NCBI GenBank assembly: GCA_964478355.1
Contig: CAYZIF010000003.1
Coordinates: 1 to 31,784 of the forward strand
DNA: 31,784 nt
Reading direction: 5' to 3'
Origin: an uncultured Candidatus Saccharibacteria bacterium
Lineage (GTDB): Bacteria > Patescibacteriota > Minisyncoccia > 2-02-FULL-40-12 > GWA2-44-9
The position numbers and the translations under genes were made by a program. Under the pieces are notes generated by a model, which saw only the letters and a list, made by a program, of their open reading frames with translations, was not told the origin of the DNA and made no database searches. Positions 6,990 through 16,921 of this stretch are shown here, one piece after another (within the stretch, counting starts at the first letter, position 1; each line of letters starts with the position of its first letter).

Positions 6990-8447
6990 TTATTCTTTAG
7001 GACGAATAATAGGGAAGAACGTGGTCTCACGAATAGGTCGGTCCAGTAAGAATGCGAAGAGTCGCTCGGAATACGAAAATCCCGCCGTAGGAGGCATCGC
7101 CTGCTCGAGCACTTCAACGTAATCTTCGTCCATGCGCTGAGCTTCTTTATCACCCGCCTCGCCTAATGCTGCCTGCTCTTGGAATCGGGCGCGCTGATCG
7201 AGTGGATCGTTGAGCTCAGAGAATCCCTTACCCAGCTCGCTCCCACAAGCGAGGATTTGGAAACGCTCCACGCGTTTTGGATCGTGAGGGTAACGCTTTG
7301 CGAGTGGCTCAATATCGACGGGTGGCAACACAAGGAAGCTTGGCTCGATAAGCTCGGGTCGAACATTCTTCTTAAATACAATATCGATGAGACGCCCACG
7401 ACCCACGTGTTGCTTGGTATCAATGCCCTGACTCTGGGCATACTTCTTGAGATCGTCTTCGCTGGCAGTGGCCAAATCGAGCCCTGTATATTTCTGGAAT
7501 ACTTCGTAGTAATCAATGCGTCTCCAGGGCATACCCCAATCGATAGTTTGTCCGCGATAGGTATGGGTGAGTCCGCCGAGAGTCGCCTGCACCGTGTGGC
7601 GCACCAGACGTTCAACAAGTTCCATGAGTTGCTCGTAGTCGGTGTACGCCCAGTACATTTCCATGGTTGTGTAGTCCTGCAGGTGCTCGCGATCGATACC
7701 TTCATTGCGGAATACACGACCAATTTCAAATATCTTCTCAAATCCTCCCGTAATAAGACGCTTGAGATTCAACTCGGGCGCAATGCGCATATACAAATCG
7801 ATATCCAATGCATTCATATGCGTTTTAAAGGGTTCTGCATCTGCACCACCGGGGATGAGTTCGAGAATAGGAGTTTCTACCTCAAGCCCTCCTTGCTCAA
7901 TAAGGAACTCTCGCGTTGCACGCCAGAACTGGGCTTTCTTTTGGAACACTTCACGCTCTTCAGGGCGCATGATGAAATCCACTGACCGATGCCGTAGACG
8001 CTCTTCGGCATCTTCGAGGCCGTGCCACTTCTCGGGCAACGGGCGAATCGACTTGGACAACATGCGCCAAGAATCTACCTGCAACGTACGCTCATTGCGC
8101 TTGGTCAAAAACAGAAGACCCGATGCTTCGATAACATCTCCGGCATCGATAACGGATACAAAAAAGTCGTAATCAGCACCATCCATCGCGTCTCGCTTGA
8201 AGAGGAACTGAAGCACCCCCGAACCATCATCGATATCCAAAAAGGTAAGTCCCCCGTGCCCACGTTGCGCCATAACGCGCCCAGTGATACTCACTGCTTT
8301 CTGAGCCGTTACCAGCGCGTCAAAATCATTAAGCACATTTCCAATTCGATGCGTACGACGCGAGTCTGAAGGATATGGATTTACCCCCGCTTCGCGGAGT
8401 TTCTCCAACTTCTTAATGCGATCATTTCGAAAATCTTCTAACGACAT
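6990..8447 (-). CDS. lysS: Lysine--tRNA ligase, class II
   Basis: OB-fold anticodon domain (GRVMAQRGHGGLTFLDI), GGADAEPF, YMRIAPEL, FRNEGID. Start re-assigned to ATG 8447 (MSLEDFRNDR), because the track's ATG 8495 lies inside the greA terminator. Confidence 0.95.
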   Translation of the reverse strand: MSLEDFRNDRIKKLEKLREAGVNPYPSDSRRTHRIGNVLNDFDALVTAQKAVSITGRVMAQRGHGGLTFLDIDDGSGVLQFLFKRDAMDGADYDFFVSVIDAGDVIEASGLLFLTKRNERTLQVDSWRMLSKSIRPLPEKWHGLEDAEERLRHRSVDFIMRPEEREVFQKKAQFWRATREFLIEQGGLEVETPILELIPGGADAEPFKTHMNALDIDLYMRIAPELNLKRLITGGFEKIFEIGRVFRNEGIDREHLQDYTTMEMYWAYTDYEQLMELVERLVRHTVQATLGGLTHTYRGQTIDWGMPWRRIDYYEVFQKYTGLDLATASEDDLKKYAQSQGIDTKQHVGRGRLIDIVFKKNVRPELIEPSFLVLPPVDIEPLAKRYPHDPKRVERFQILACGSELGKGFSELNDPLDQRARFQEQAALGEAGDKEAQRMDEDYVEVLEQAMPPTAGFSYSERLFAFLLDRPIRETTFFPIIRPKE

Positions 8448-8474
8448 AGTGCGGGAATCATACCAAACGCCATC

Positions 8475-8514
8475 CAGAATGAAAACATCCCCCATCGAGG
8501 CGGGGGATGTTTTC
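8475..8514 (-). terminator. Intrinsic terminator downstream of greA
   Basis: 13 bp perfect inverted repeat GAAAACATCCCCC / GGGGGATGTTTTC (8481-8493 / 8502-8514), U-rich at the 3' side on the minus strand. Confidence 0.75.
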
Positions 8515-8525
8515 GAGTGCTAAGG

Positions 8526-8984
8526 TTATTTTACCTCAAGAACGTGATATTCAACCTGCCCCTTTGGAGTTGCAACCTTCAGCTTCTCTCCCTTCTTACG
8601 ACCCAGAAATGCCGAACCGAGGGGAGATTCGTTACTAATCTTGCCATTGAGAGGATCCGCTTCGGATGCGCCCACAATCATAAACTCACGGTCTTCCCCA
8701 CCGCTTGATACTCGGATGCGAGAGCCAACGCTGACCATACCCCCTGCGGCTGGCTTGGAGATGATAACGGCGTTGTCGATGATAGCCTTGAGCTCCTCAA
8801 TACGGCCCTCGTTGAGGGATTGAGATTCTTTCGCTTCCGCGTATTCAGCGTTCTCAGAGAGGTCTCCCTGCTCCTTTGCTTCTTTAATGCGCGCGCCAAT
8901 ATCAATACGGAGTTGACCGGTACGAAATGTGTATTCTTCTTTGATTTTTTCGAGGCCTTCCTTGCTAAAATATTGTTCGCCCAT
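8526..8984 (-). CDS. greA: Transcription elongation factor GreA
   Basis: AKEQGDLSENAEYAEAKE coiled-coil tip and C-terminal GKISNESPLGSAFLGRKKGE. Confidence 0.97.
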   Translation of the reverse strand: MGEQYFSKEGLEKIKEEYTFRTGQLRIDIGARIKEAKEQGDLSENAEYAEAKESQSLNEGRIEELKAIIDNAVIISKPAAGGMVSVGSRIRVSSGGEDREFMIVGASEADPLNGKISNESPLGSAFLGRKKGEKLKVATPKGQVEYHVLEVK

Positions 8985-9052
8985 GGTTCTAAGTGATAAT
9001 AATGAGGGCCACTATAGCACATGGATATCCACAGTGCAATCGCTGGGTGGGG

Positions 9053-11020
9053 TTACTCCTGCCCGCTGGGTGACGCTAGAGGAGCGATTGACGAGCTCGG
9101 AACGGGTGTTCGAGTGGCAACGACGCGTGTTGTATCGAAGTACCAGCCGAGGAAATTACGGGCGGCGCGAAGAGCATATCCTTGGTTCGAGGAAGAACCC
9201 TCGATGAGTATTGTGAGCACAATTTGAGGGTTGTCCGCGGGTGCATATACGGTAACCAGCGAGTTGATGCGACGGCCTTTAATGACTTCTGCGGTTCCTG
9301 TTTTAGCAGCAGCCGATACCGGCAAATCTTGGAATATCTTACCCGTACCTTCGGTCACCGTGTGTCGCATAGCCACTTGCATCGCACGCAGAACAGTACT
9401 AGAAAATGGTAGTACTCCGAGACGCACAGGTTCATTGACAGCAAGCGTCCCCCGCTGCTGGTCAACGATACGGCTGGCAATACGCGGCTGCCACAGGGTG
9501 CCATCGTTTGCGATAGCTGCAACGTAGGAGTTAATCCAGAGTGGCGTCACCAAAAGATCGCCCTGACCGATGGAGATGTTGTAGGTGTCCCCTTGATACC
9601 ATGGTTCCTTATACGTCTGGTACTTCCAATCGGGCGTGGGAACAAAGCCCTCCTCCTCACCTGGAATATCGATACCTAAGAGCGTGTCGACAAAACCTGC
9701 CTTAAAATAATCCGTAAGTTTTTCAGCGCCCAATCCATCAAATGATCCGTAGCCACCTCCAACCGTGAAGAAGTAAATGTTACATGAGTCGGCGATGGCG
9801 CGATTGAGGTCAAAAGCACCCGTGTCAGGCCGCCAATTCTTAAAAACATAAGGGTCGCTTGGATCCGTGGGATTTGGGATTGAAATACTAATACAATCAT
9901 GCGTCACAATCTGATTAGGGCGCATGATGTTTTCTTCAAGAGCGGCCATACCCACGAATGGCTTGATGGTAGATCCTGGATTATATTTTCCGCCGATGGC
10001 GCGATTAAACAATGGGCGACTCTCGCTTTCAAAAAGCTCTGTATAATCTTCACGAGAGAGCCGCCCCCCGCTAAAAACGTTGTTGTCGTAGAAAGGAAAA
10101 CTCACCATACCAAGCACCGAACCATCACGAGGGTCCTGTGCTACCGCCGCGGCCTCCGAAAGTCCCGCTTCTTGGAGGATTTTGTATATGGCATTAAAAA
10201 GCTGTTTCTGAACGGCGGCATCAACTGACAGTACGAGATTACCGCCAGCAGTCGCGTTCTGACTCGTAGGCTGTAGTGTTGCGTCAAACACCATACTGCC
10301 ATGCTCGCCACGCAAAATTTTCTCGTACTGTGACTCAATTCCTAATCGGCCAATCGTATCTGATGGCAAGTAGTACGGGTCGGTCGCCATATCTTGCTTG
10401 CTCACCTTCCCCACGTATCCGAGTAGTTGAGAGAATTGTACGCCATCGGCGTACTGTCGCTTAGTGTTGGTGATAACCGAAAATCCAGGTGGCATCACCC
10501 CCGCCAACGCCAACACCTGTGCACGCGGCACATCAGTTGCCGCAAAAAATACGGCGCCCTTACGAACCCCGTCTTCAATTTCAAGCGCCAACTCCTCGAC
10601 AGGTCGATTGAGTGCAGCTGCGAGTTGTGGAATACCGCGGAGCGCCCCCGTAGCTTCACGCTCCACCTGTCGAGAGATAACGAGCACATCAAAGCTGGGA
10701 ACATTCTGAACTAAGGGAATGCCCGTGCGGTCCATGATAATTCCACGCGGTGGCGGTACGGTTACATTCACGGTGCGATTATGAAAACTTAAGAGCGAGA
10801 AAAAGTCATACCGAAACATGGTAAGACGCGCGACCGAACCCAGTAATATGAGGCCTAGCACAAATGCCACGCCGTAGAATACTCGAAAGGTAGCGTCGGC
10901 GACGGGAACCTCTACCGTAGAGTGAGCGCTTCCCGAGTCGACGAGCGTCTCTTCAGGCGCCACCCATTCATCACGATCTGGGTTGACGCGGTATTCTTTT
11001 CGTTTGAAAAAATTCCTCAT
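9053..11020 (-). CDS. mrdA: Penicillin-binding protein 2 (class B transpeptidase)
   Basis: PPRGIIMDR dimerisation domain, SxxK (PGSTIK), SxN (SCN) and KTG (AKTGTAE); located in the mre operon. Confidence 0.93.
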   Translation of the reverse strand: MRNFFKRKEYRVNPDRDEWVAPEETLVDSGSAHSTVEVPVADATFRVFYGVAFVLGLILLGSVARLTMFRYDFFSLLSFHNRTVNVTVPPPRGIIMDRTGIPLVQNVPSFDVLVISRQVEREATGALRGIPQLAAALNRPVEELALEIEDGVRKGAVFFAATDVPRAQVLALAGVMPPGFSVITNTKRQYADGVQFSQLLGYVGKVSKQDMATDPYYLPSDTIGRLGIESQYEKILRGEHGSMVFDATLQPTSQNATAGGNLVLSVDAAVQKQLFNAIYKILQEAGLSEAAAVAQDPRDGSVLGMVSFPFYDNNVFSGGRLSREDYTELFESESRPLFNRAIGGKYNPGSTIKPFVGMAALEENIMRPNQIVTHDCISISIPNPTDPSDPYVFKNWRPDTGAFDLNRAIADSCNIYFFTVGGGYGSFDGLGAEKLTDYFKAGFVDTLLGIDIPGEEEGFVPTPDWKYQTYKEPWYQGDTYNISIGQGDLLVTPLWINSYVAAIANDGTLWQPRIASRIVDQQRGTLAVNEPVRLGVLPFSSTVLRAMQVAMRHTVTEGTGKIFQDLPVSAAAKTGTAEVIKGRRINSLVTVYAPADNPQIVLTILIEGSSSNQGYALRAARNFLGWYFDTTRVVATRTPVPSSSIAPLASPSGQE

Positions 11021-11556
11021 GATCCAAACAGTATCGCACGTCTAAAAGGGATAGTCATACGTCGCGCCGCAACGAGCACGATAGCTGAAAAGAAGAAAAG
11101 TGCCAGAGCAAATGAAGTATCTAGGAGCGATTGAATTCGTAATTGAATCATACCTGAATCATACAGCACAGCTCCGATGAGAACGCTTGTAAGCATGGCG
11201 CTCCAGGAGAATATCCACGAGAGAAGCGTTGCCTGAAAACCCTCTCCCAGTGTCCAGTCATCACGCTGGGACCACGGCGTCATCGAGATAAATCGCTGCA
11301 TCCCCGTAAACACGTAAGCCGCCAATAAATATGCCAGAGAAAGAACGGCTGGAGGAAATCCGTAGAGCAGCTCAACACCAAAAAGTACAAAAAAGCCGGC
11401 GTAGATTACGCCAGGGCGAAGCCCATGATAAATAACGAGAGCAACAACTACGGCAAGGAGCCAAAACGAACCTCGCGGGTCAACCAAGGGAGCTAAAAGA
11501 GCTCCTACGCACACGCTCACAAGAACTCCCAGAGCGGTAAATGATGAGACCGTCAT
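11017..11556 (-). CDS. mreD: Rod shape-determining protein MreD-like
   Basis: 179 aa highly hydrophobic protein overlapping mreC and mrdA by 4 nt each; assigned mainly by position. Confidence 0.6.
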   Translation of the reverse strand: MTVSSFTALGVLVSVCVGALLAPLVDPRGSFWLLAVVVALVIYHGLRPGVIYAGFFVLFGVELLYGFPPAVLSLAYLLAAYVFTGMQRFISMTPWSQRDDWTLGEGFQATLLSWIFSWSAMLTSVLIGAVLYDSGMIQLRIQSLLDTSFALALFFFSAIVLVAARRMTIPFRRAILFGS

Positions 11557-12341
11557 GGATGAATTACGAGCACCGACCCGCGAATGCCCGAGCTAATGGC
11601 AGAAGTAAGGCGCACGAGCTGAAAGAGTGTGGTTGCGTCACGGTCAACTGAACGGACAGTCCCGATAATCAATCCTGCTGGATATCGGTCGTCGCCACTC
11701 GTGACTACGGTGGCACCCTCACTCACCATTTCATCTTTTTGAATAAGATCGAGCATAATCTTTCCACCACGCTCTGAGCGAATGAGTCCGGATATTTCCG
11801 TAGTGAGTACACGGGCAGTTATTTCGAGTGCCGCATCTCCAAGAACGCGAACCACGGAGTGCTGCGCGAACACCTGTTCGATAATTCCTATAAATTCTTC
11901 GTGTGCAGTAATCACCACGTCGCCGATTGCGACTCCCTCATCGCTTCCTCGATTAAGGATTGCCTGCTGCACTCCCCCGCTGCGCGTGTAGGAGAAGATA
12001 TTGGCTTTCATGGGCTCGCGCGGCAAACGCTCCCGAATCTTGGCTGCATCGCGATAAAATTGCATCTGAAGCCTCAGCTCTTCTTGATTGACGAGCGCTG
12101 CAGTAGCATCACGATACTTATCTTCAAGCTCCCGCATTCGTTGAGATATATCACCCGTACCAAAAATCAACGATGCCGTTATTCGAATTCTAGACGCAAC
12201 ATCAGTAAGAGGAGCAATCGCAGCTCCTGTGCTATCGGCGACCCACGAAAACGCGCGTCCCTGAAATATGACGACGCCGAGCACGATGCAAACAACCGTA
12301 ACTGCAAGAGTTGTAAGACGTGGTGAATTCAGACGAGACAT
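11553..12341 (-). CDS. mreC: Rod shape-determining protein MreC
   Basis: One TM, a coiled coil, then ILNRGSDEGVAIGD and VVTSGDDRYPAGLIIGTV. Confidence 0.9.
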   Translation of the reverse strand: MSRLNSPRLTTLAVTVVCIVLGVVIFQGRAFSWVADSTGAAIAPLTDVASRIRITASLIFGTGDISQRMRELEDKYRDATAALVNQEELRLQMQFYRDAAKIRERLPREPMKANIFSYTRSGGVQQAILNRGSDEGVAIGDVVITAHEEFIGIIEQVFAQHSVVRVLGDAALEITARVLTTEISGLIRSERGGKIMLDLIQKDEMVSEGATVVTSGDDRYPAGLIIGTVRSVDRDATTLFQLVRLTSAISSGIRGSVLVIHP

Positions 12342-12347
12342 AAGATG

Positions 12348-13400
12348 CTATGAGCGATACGCGTCCTCCTGACGCGCTAGCAGAACTGAACGAAGCTGTT
12401 CTAAGTTCTCCAGCACCATGCCGCACCCGCGAACCACCGCGGTAAGAGGGTCGGCAACGGCCTGCACCAATAGTTTTGTTTCTTTTGCAATCAATGTATC
12501 CAAACCACGAATCAATGCGCCACCGCCTGCAATGGCAATCGGGCGATTGAGTAAATCTGCTGTCAATTCTGGAGGTGTTTCTTCGATGGCATTGCGAACT
12601 GCTCGAACAATCATTTTGATGGACCGACTCATTGCCCCGCGAATTTCTTGTGAGGTAATACTAATCTCTCGAGGCAACCCCGAGATAAGATCGCGGCCGC
12701 GCACAGGAAGTTCGAGCTCTTCTTCAAGCGCCCATGCTGAACCAAGTGATAGTTTCACATTTTCACCCGTTGCTTCACCGATGAGAAGATTTTTTTCCTC
12801 ACGAAGATACCGAATAATATCTTCGGTTAGCTTATCTCCCGCTACACGCAACGAACGTGATGAAATAAGGCCGCCCATGGAGATAACGGCGACTTCTGTC
12901 GTACCTCCACCGATATCAACAATAACATTGGGTACCGCCTCTTGAATGGGCAATCGAGCACCCAGAGCGGCGGCCATAGGCTCTTCAATGAGGTAGACCT
13001 CGCGAGCACCAGCGTTATAGGTAGCGTCCTGAACTGCGCGGCGCTCCACTTCAGTCACTCCCGAAGGAATGCCGATAACCACGCGAGGACGGGGCATAAT
13101 CGACCACGTGCCCGCATGCACGCGATCGATGAAGTACTTGAGCATTTGTTCGGTCACTTCAAAGTCGGAAACAACTCCATTCACCAATGGGCGCATAACT
13201 GAAATATGTCCAGGTGTGCGACCAATCATGCGGCGTGCTTCAGTTCCGATAGCTAAAATTTTGCCCGTCTTTTGATTGAGCGCAACGATACTCGGCTCAT
13301 TGATAACAATGCCCTTGTCGCGCACATAGACGAGGGTGTTGGCGGTACCCAAATCAATGCCGATATCTTTTGACCACATACCGAAGAGGTTTTTGAACAT
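12348..13400 (-). CDS. mreB: Rod shape-determining protein MreB
   Basis: IGIDLGTANT, IEEPMAAALGA, DIGGGTTEV, GGGALIRGLD. Start re-assigned to ATG 13400 (MFKNLFG); the extension to 13622 overlaps a divergent gene. Confidence 0.96.
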   Translation of the reverse strand: MFKNLFGMWSKDIGIDLGTANTLVYVRDKGIVINEPSIVALNQKTGKILAIGTEARRMIGRTPGHISVMRPLVNGVVSDFEVTEQMLKYFIDRVHAGTWSIMPRPRVVIGIPSGVTEVERRAVQDATYNAGAREVYLIEEPMAAALGARLPIQEAVPNVIVDIGGGTTEVAVISMGGLISSRSLRVAGDKLTEDIIRYLREEKNLLIGEATGENVKLSLGSAWALEEELELPVRGRDLISGLPREISITSQEIRGAMSRSIKMIVRAVRNAIEETPPELTADLLNRPIAIAGGGALIRGLDTLIAKETKLLVQAVADPLTAVVRGCGMVLENLEQLRSVLLARQEDAYRS

Positions 13401-13506
13401 AGGATTCTCAGTGACACTGTACCCTAGCAGAAAGAGCGTGTCATCAGAAGTTGACGCATGATATAAAAGATGATATTTAAGATGCTTGCAATGAGGGGAG
13501 GGCTCT

Positions 13507-13974
13507 TTGACATCACCAACACCGGAAACACAAGACCCCGTTGCGGGAGTCGATGGTAGATTCTCCGAAGCGATGCTTACGAAGGAAGTGGCCATCGTCA
13601 TGGCATTCGTGGCCGGCGGCACACTGTTCGGCCTACTCGCTGGAGCTCTAGTGCCAAAGATTCTAGGCTGTTATGCGCTCATTCCAATCTGTATCAGGTA
13701 CCTTCGCTATCGATTCAAACAAGAGAAAAGCGACACAGCGCATGAACAGTCAGTATCGCGAAGACTACCTTCTATTTGCGCAATCGGCGCACTCATAGCC
13801 GTTCTCGGTGAACCAGAGATGCTCCCATTCATCCTTCTTCCAGTTCTCTTGCTGGTCATCGGGGTGGGACATTTTGGTAATAAAGGACAGCGAGTCCACA
13901 TGGCACTCATCCTTGCCATCCAATGGTTTGCAACCTACATACTCGTGGTAGTCCCTTCCGCAATCGCGCCTTAG
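13507..13974 (+). CDS. Hypothetical membrane protein (about 155 aa, about 4 TM)
   Basis: Fills the mreB-proS gap, has GGAGGG a few nt before TTG 13507, and is followed by a + strand terminator; the exact start is uncertain. Confidence 0.6.
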   Translation: MTSPTPETQDPVAGVDGRFSEAMLTKEVAIVMAFVAGGTLFGLLAGALVPKILGCYALIPICIRYLRYRFKQEKSDTAHEQSVSRRLPSICAIGALIAVLGEPEMLPFILLPVLLLVIGVGHFGNKGQRVHMALILAIQWFATYILVVVPSAIAP

Positions 13975-13982
13975 AACACCGC

Positions 13983-14010
13983 AACACCCCGAATACTCGG
14001 GGTGTTTTTT
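13983..14010 (+). terminator. Intrinsic terminator (possibly bidirectional)
   Basis: AACACCCCGA-ATAC-TCGGGGTGTT followed by TTTT on the + strand, between convergent genes. Confidence 0.75.
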
Positions 14011-14024
14011 TAGAAAAGGTAGAG

Positions 14025-15257
14025 CTATCCCGTAATAAGCGCTACCAGTTCCGACTCATCGACAAGACGAAATTCTTTTTCGGAACGAAGTTTGAACTCA
14101 ACCTTACCTTCGGGTGTTTTTCCTCCAATGGAGATACGGACGGGACAACCGATGAGGTCAGCGTCGGCAAACTTCTCGCCTGCGGTCTTTTCGGCTCGGT
14201 CATCAAACAGCACTTCAACGCCTTGTGCGACCAGTCGCTCGTAGAGAGCTTCACTGCGTGCATCAGCGCGAAGCGCCAGAAGATGCACCTGAAAAGGCGC
14301 GATACTCTTTGGCCAAATAATACCGGCTTCATCGTAGTTGAGCTCGACCACAGTTCCTAGAACACGGCCTGGCCCGATGCCATAGCTTGCCATGATAACG
14401 GGGTGCCGAGCTCCATTCTCATCGGCAAACTGCAATCCAAATGCTTCAGAGAATTTCGTGCCCAGTTTAAAAATATTCCCCACTTCAATTGCTGAACCCT
14501 TGTGGATTGCGGCTCCATCATCGGTAGCACCTCCTTCGGTGATTCCCATTTCGGAGGCGACATCAGCATTCCATGCGCGACCATCATCGGTGTAGTAGAT
14601 GGTATCTTCTCCAACGTCAGCAACAACCTGATATTCGTCAGAAAATTTTGAGAAAAGCCCACCCGATGCTTTAGTTCTCAGTGCTGGCAAGCCAACACGA
14701 GCAAATACATTGGCGTACGCCTGTGCAACGCGCTCATAGTATTCATCGAGCGATGCTTGCGATGCGTGAAACGAATATAAATCTTTCATCAAGAATTCGC
14801 GGCCGCGTAGAATTCCTGATTTTGCACGCGGTTCATTGCGAAATTTTGTCTGTATCTGGTACACCGCCTTGGGGAGATCGCGGTACGAACTAATGTGATG
14901 GCGTGCCACTGACGTCAAAGGCTCTTCGTGCGTCCAACCAAGTCCCACATCCGAGCCTCGTGAGTCTTTGAACTGATACATCACCTCTTTGGCAGTATCC
15001 CAACGGCCCGTGGCCGTCCATGTTTCCTTGTCTTGCAGTACCGTCATCGTAAGCTCTTGAGCCCCTGTTGCATTCATTTCTTCTCGAATAATACGGTTGA
15101 TGCGCTCGAGCACTCGCTGACCTAAGGGAAGGTATGCATACACTCCGGCCATGATTTTGTGAACAAATCCCCCGCGGATGAGCAACTTTGCATTCACCGC
15201 CGTTTCGTCGGCGGGAGCATCTTTGAGCGTTCTGGTGAATAATTGGGATTGGCGCAT
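14025..15257 (-). CDS. proS: Proline--tRNA ligase (short bacterial type, no INS editing domain)
   Basis: MRQSQLF start, GWTHEEP, QIQTKFRNEPRAKSGILRGREFLMKDLYSF, MASYGIGPGR, C-terminal anticodon domain; only 410 aa. Confidence 0.95.
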   Translation of the reverse strand: MRQSQLFTRTLKDAPADETAVNAKLLIRGGFVHKIMAGVYAYLPLGQRVLERINRIIREEMNATGAQELTMTVLQDKETWTATGRWDTAKEVMYQFKDSRGSDVGLGWTHEEPLTSVARHHISSYRDLPKAVYQIQTKFRNEPRAKSGILRGREFLMKDLYSFHASQASLDEYYERVAQAYANVFARVGLPALRTKASGGLFSKFSDEYQVVADVGEDTIYYTDDGRAWNADVASEMGITEGGATDDGAAIHKGSAIEVGNIFKLGTKFSEAFGLQFADENGARHPVIMASYGIGPGRVLGTVVELNYDEAGIIWPKSIAPFQVHLLALRADARSEALYERLVAQGVEVLFDDRAEKTAGEKFADADLIGCPVRISIGGKTPEGKVEFKLRSEKEFRLVDESELVALITG

Positions 15258-15258
15258 G

Positions 15259-16347
15259 TTAGAAGAACTTTACTATATCTTTGATGGTTACCGCAACCAT
15301 CAACAGCAGGAGGAATATAAAGCCCAGCGCATGGATTGCTCGCTCCGTGGATTCTCGCAGTGCACGGCCTCGAATGCGTTGAGCAATAATCATAACTGCG
15401 CGCCCGCCATCAAGAGCCGGAAATGGCATCACATTGAGCACCGCAAGGTTCACAGAAATCATCGCCATGAATTGGAGCAAGTAGGTAAAGCCAATTTGAG
15501 CTGCCTGACCTGTGAGAGCTGCGATTCCAATGGGTCCGGAAATATCGGCGCCAAGCTTACCCGTCGTAAACAACGAAGTAAGTAGACCCCAGTATCCTTG
15601 GAGCGTGGCTCGGAACAGGTGCCACGAATCTACAACCCCCAGCCAGATACTCTGATACCAAGGGTGCCGAATCACGCCCGTCAGAGCAAGCGAAATACCA
15701 ATCGGTCCCTGCCCTGGAGCGAGTGTTTCACGAAGACGAATAGGGACATCAACGAATTCATTGCCACGACGGATAACAATGATCACCTCGTCGCCTTGAT
15801 GTTGGAAAGCAAACTCCTGAACCTCTTCTGAGGTTGTCACTGTCACCAGCTCACCCGAACTCGTAGTGCGAAATCCGTAAATTTCATCCAAAGCTCGTAG
15901 CTGTGCAGTTTCGGCGGGGCTCCCCGGAGATACTTGAAGAATCTGAATTTTTTTATCGGTAGCTCGAGCGGTAATGGCTTCATCGAATAATCCAACTCGC
16001 AATCCACCGAAATTGGATATCATTAACAGAACGGCTGCGAGAACCATATTCATAGCAACACCGGCAAACACCACCGCCAGCTGGCTCCAAAAACCCGCGT
16101 GACCAAAACTTCCCGGAGCGTTGCGTTGCTCTCCCTCTTCTCCAAAAATGCGAACGAATCCTCCAAATAGAATCAGATTGATGCTGTAGATAGTTCCGTT
16201 GTACCGAAAACTCCAAAGCCGCGGTGGAAATCCCAAGCCAAACTCTTCTACCTTCATACCAGTGCGCTTGGCAACAATAAAATGCCCCGCTTCATGTACC
16301 AGCACCAGTACCGAGAGTACTGCAATAAATATGATGAACGTAAGCAT
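15259..16347 (-). CDS. rseP: RIP metalloprotease RseP (site-2 protease, M50)
   Basis: HEAGH zinc motif, central PDZ-like region, ISGPIGI, NLAVLNVMPFPALDGG. Start re-assigned to ATG 16347. Confidence 0.93.
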   Translation of the reverse strand: MLTFIIFIAVLSVLVLVHEAGHFIVAKRTGMKVEEFGLGFPPRLWSFRYNGTIYSINLILFGGFVRIFGEEGEQRNAPGSFGHAGFWSQLAVVFAGVAMNMVLAAVLLMISNFGGLRVGLFDEAITARATDKKIQILQVSPGSPAETAQLRALDEIYGFRTTSSGELVTVTTSEEVQEFAFQHQGDEVIIVIRRGNEFVDVPIRLRETLAPGQGPIGISLALTGVIRHPWYQSIWLGVVDSWHLFRATLQGYWGLLTSLFTTGKLGADISGPIGIAALTGQAAQIGFTYLLQFMAMISVNLAVLNVMPFPALDGGRAVMIIAQRIRGRALRESTERAIHALGFIFLLLLMVAVTIKDIVKFF

Positions 16348-16348
16348 G

Positions 16349-16906
16349 CTACACACTCATGAGTTCGGTCTCTTTCTTTTTTGAAATTTCTTCGAGTTTT
16401 CCGTTGTACTCGTCAACGAGCTTCTGAAGTTGATCTTTAGCACGGTGCACGTCGTCTTCGCGGGCGGTTTTTTCTTTGACAGCATTCTGAACTTTCTTGA
16501 GAATGTCCTCGCGAATATGGCGAACACGGATGCGAGCCTCTTCGGTCTTAGTACCTAAGAGCTTGATGTACTCAAGTCGTCGCTCTTGGGTAAGCGAGGG
16601 AACGGTGAGTCGAACCGTGGTGCCATCCACAACGGGCGCAAGTTGAAGGGATGACTCACGAATCGCCTTTTCGATAAGAGAAAGCGCTCCTTTATCCCAC
16701 GGCTGAATAGCGATACTGCGAGGATCGGGCGTACTAATTGCGGCAATCTCCTTAATGCGCAGTGGAGTACCCATGTAGTCCACCATAATGTCGGAAACCA
16801 TGTCGGGATTTGCACGACCAGTGCGAATCGACGTTGCTTCGCCATGCAACCACTCGATAACAGCGTCGAGGTCTTTTCTTCGTTCTTTAATGAGTTGCTC
16901 AACCAT
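16349..16906 (-). CDS. frr: Ribosome recycling factor
   Basis: IRTGRANP, IQPWDK, PSLTQERR, ARIRVRHIR; 185 aa. Confidence 0.97.
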   Translation of the reverse strand: MVEQLIKERRKDLDAVIEWLHGEATSIRTGRANPDMVSDIMVDYMGTPLRIKEIAAISTPDPRSIAIQPWDKGALSLIEKAIRESSLQLAPVVDGTTVRLTVPSLTQERRLEYIKLLGTKTEEARIRVRHIREDILKKVQNAVKEKTAREDDVHRAKDQLQKLVDEYNGKLEEISKKKETELMSV

Positions 16907-16921
16907 AGTAGAGGGATACTA

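Noticed and set aside
8515-8523. Perfect CIRCE half-site GAGTGCTAA after greA
   Set aside because: The partner half-site 9 nt away is absent (GAGGCGGGG), and the location is a terminator region.
13401-13622. 74-residue N-terminal extension of MreB in the ORF track
   Set aside because: It overlaps the divergent ORF and its promoter region; MreB homology begins at MFKNLFG...DIGIDLG.
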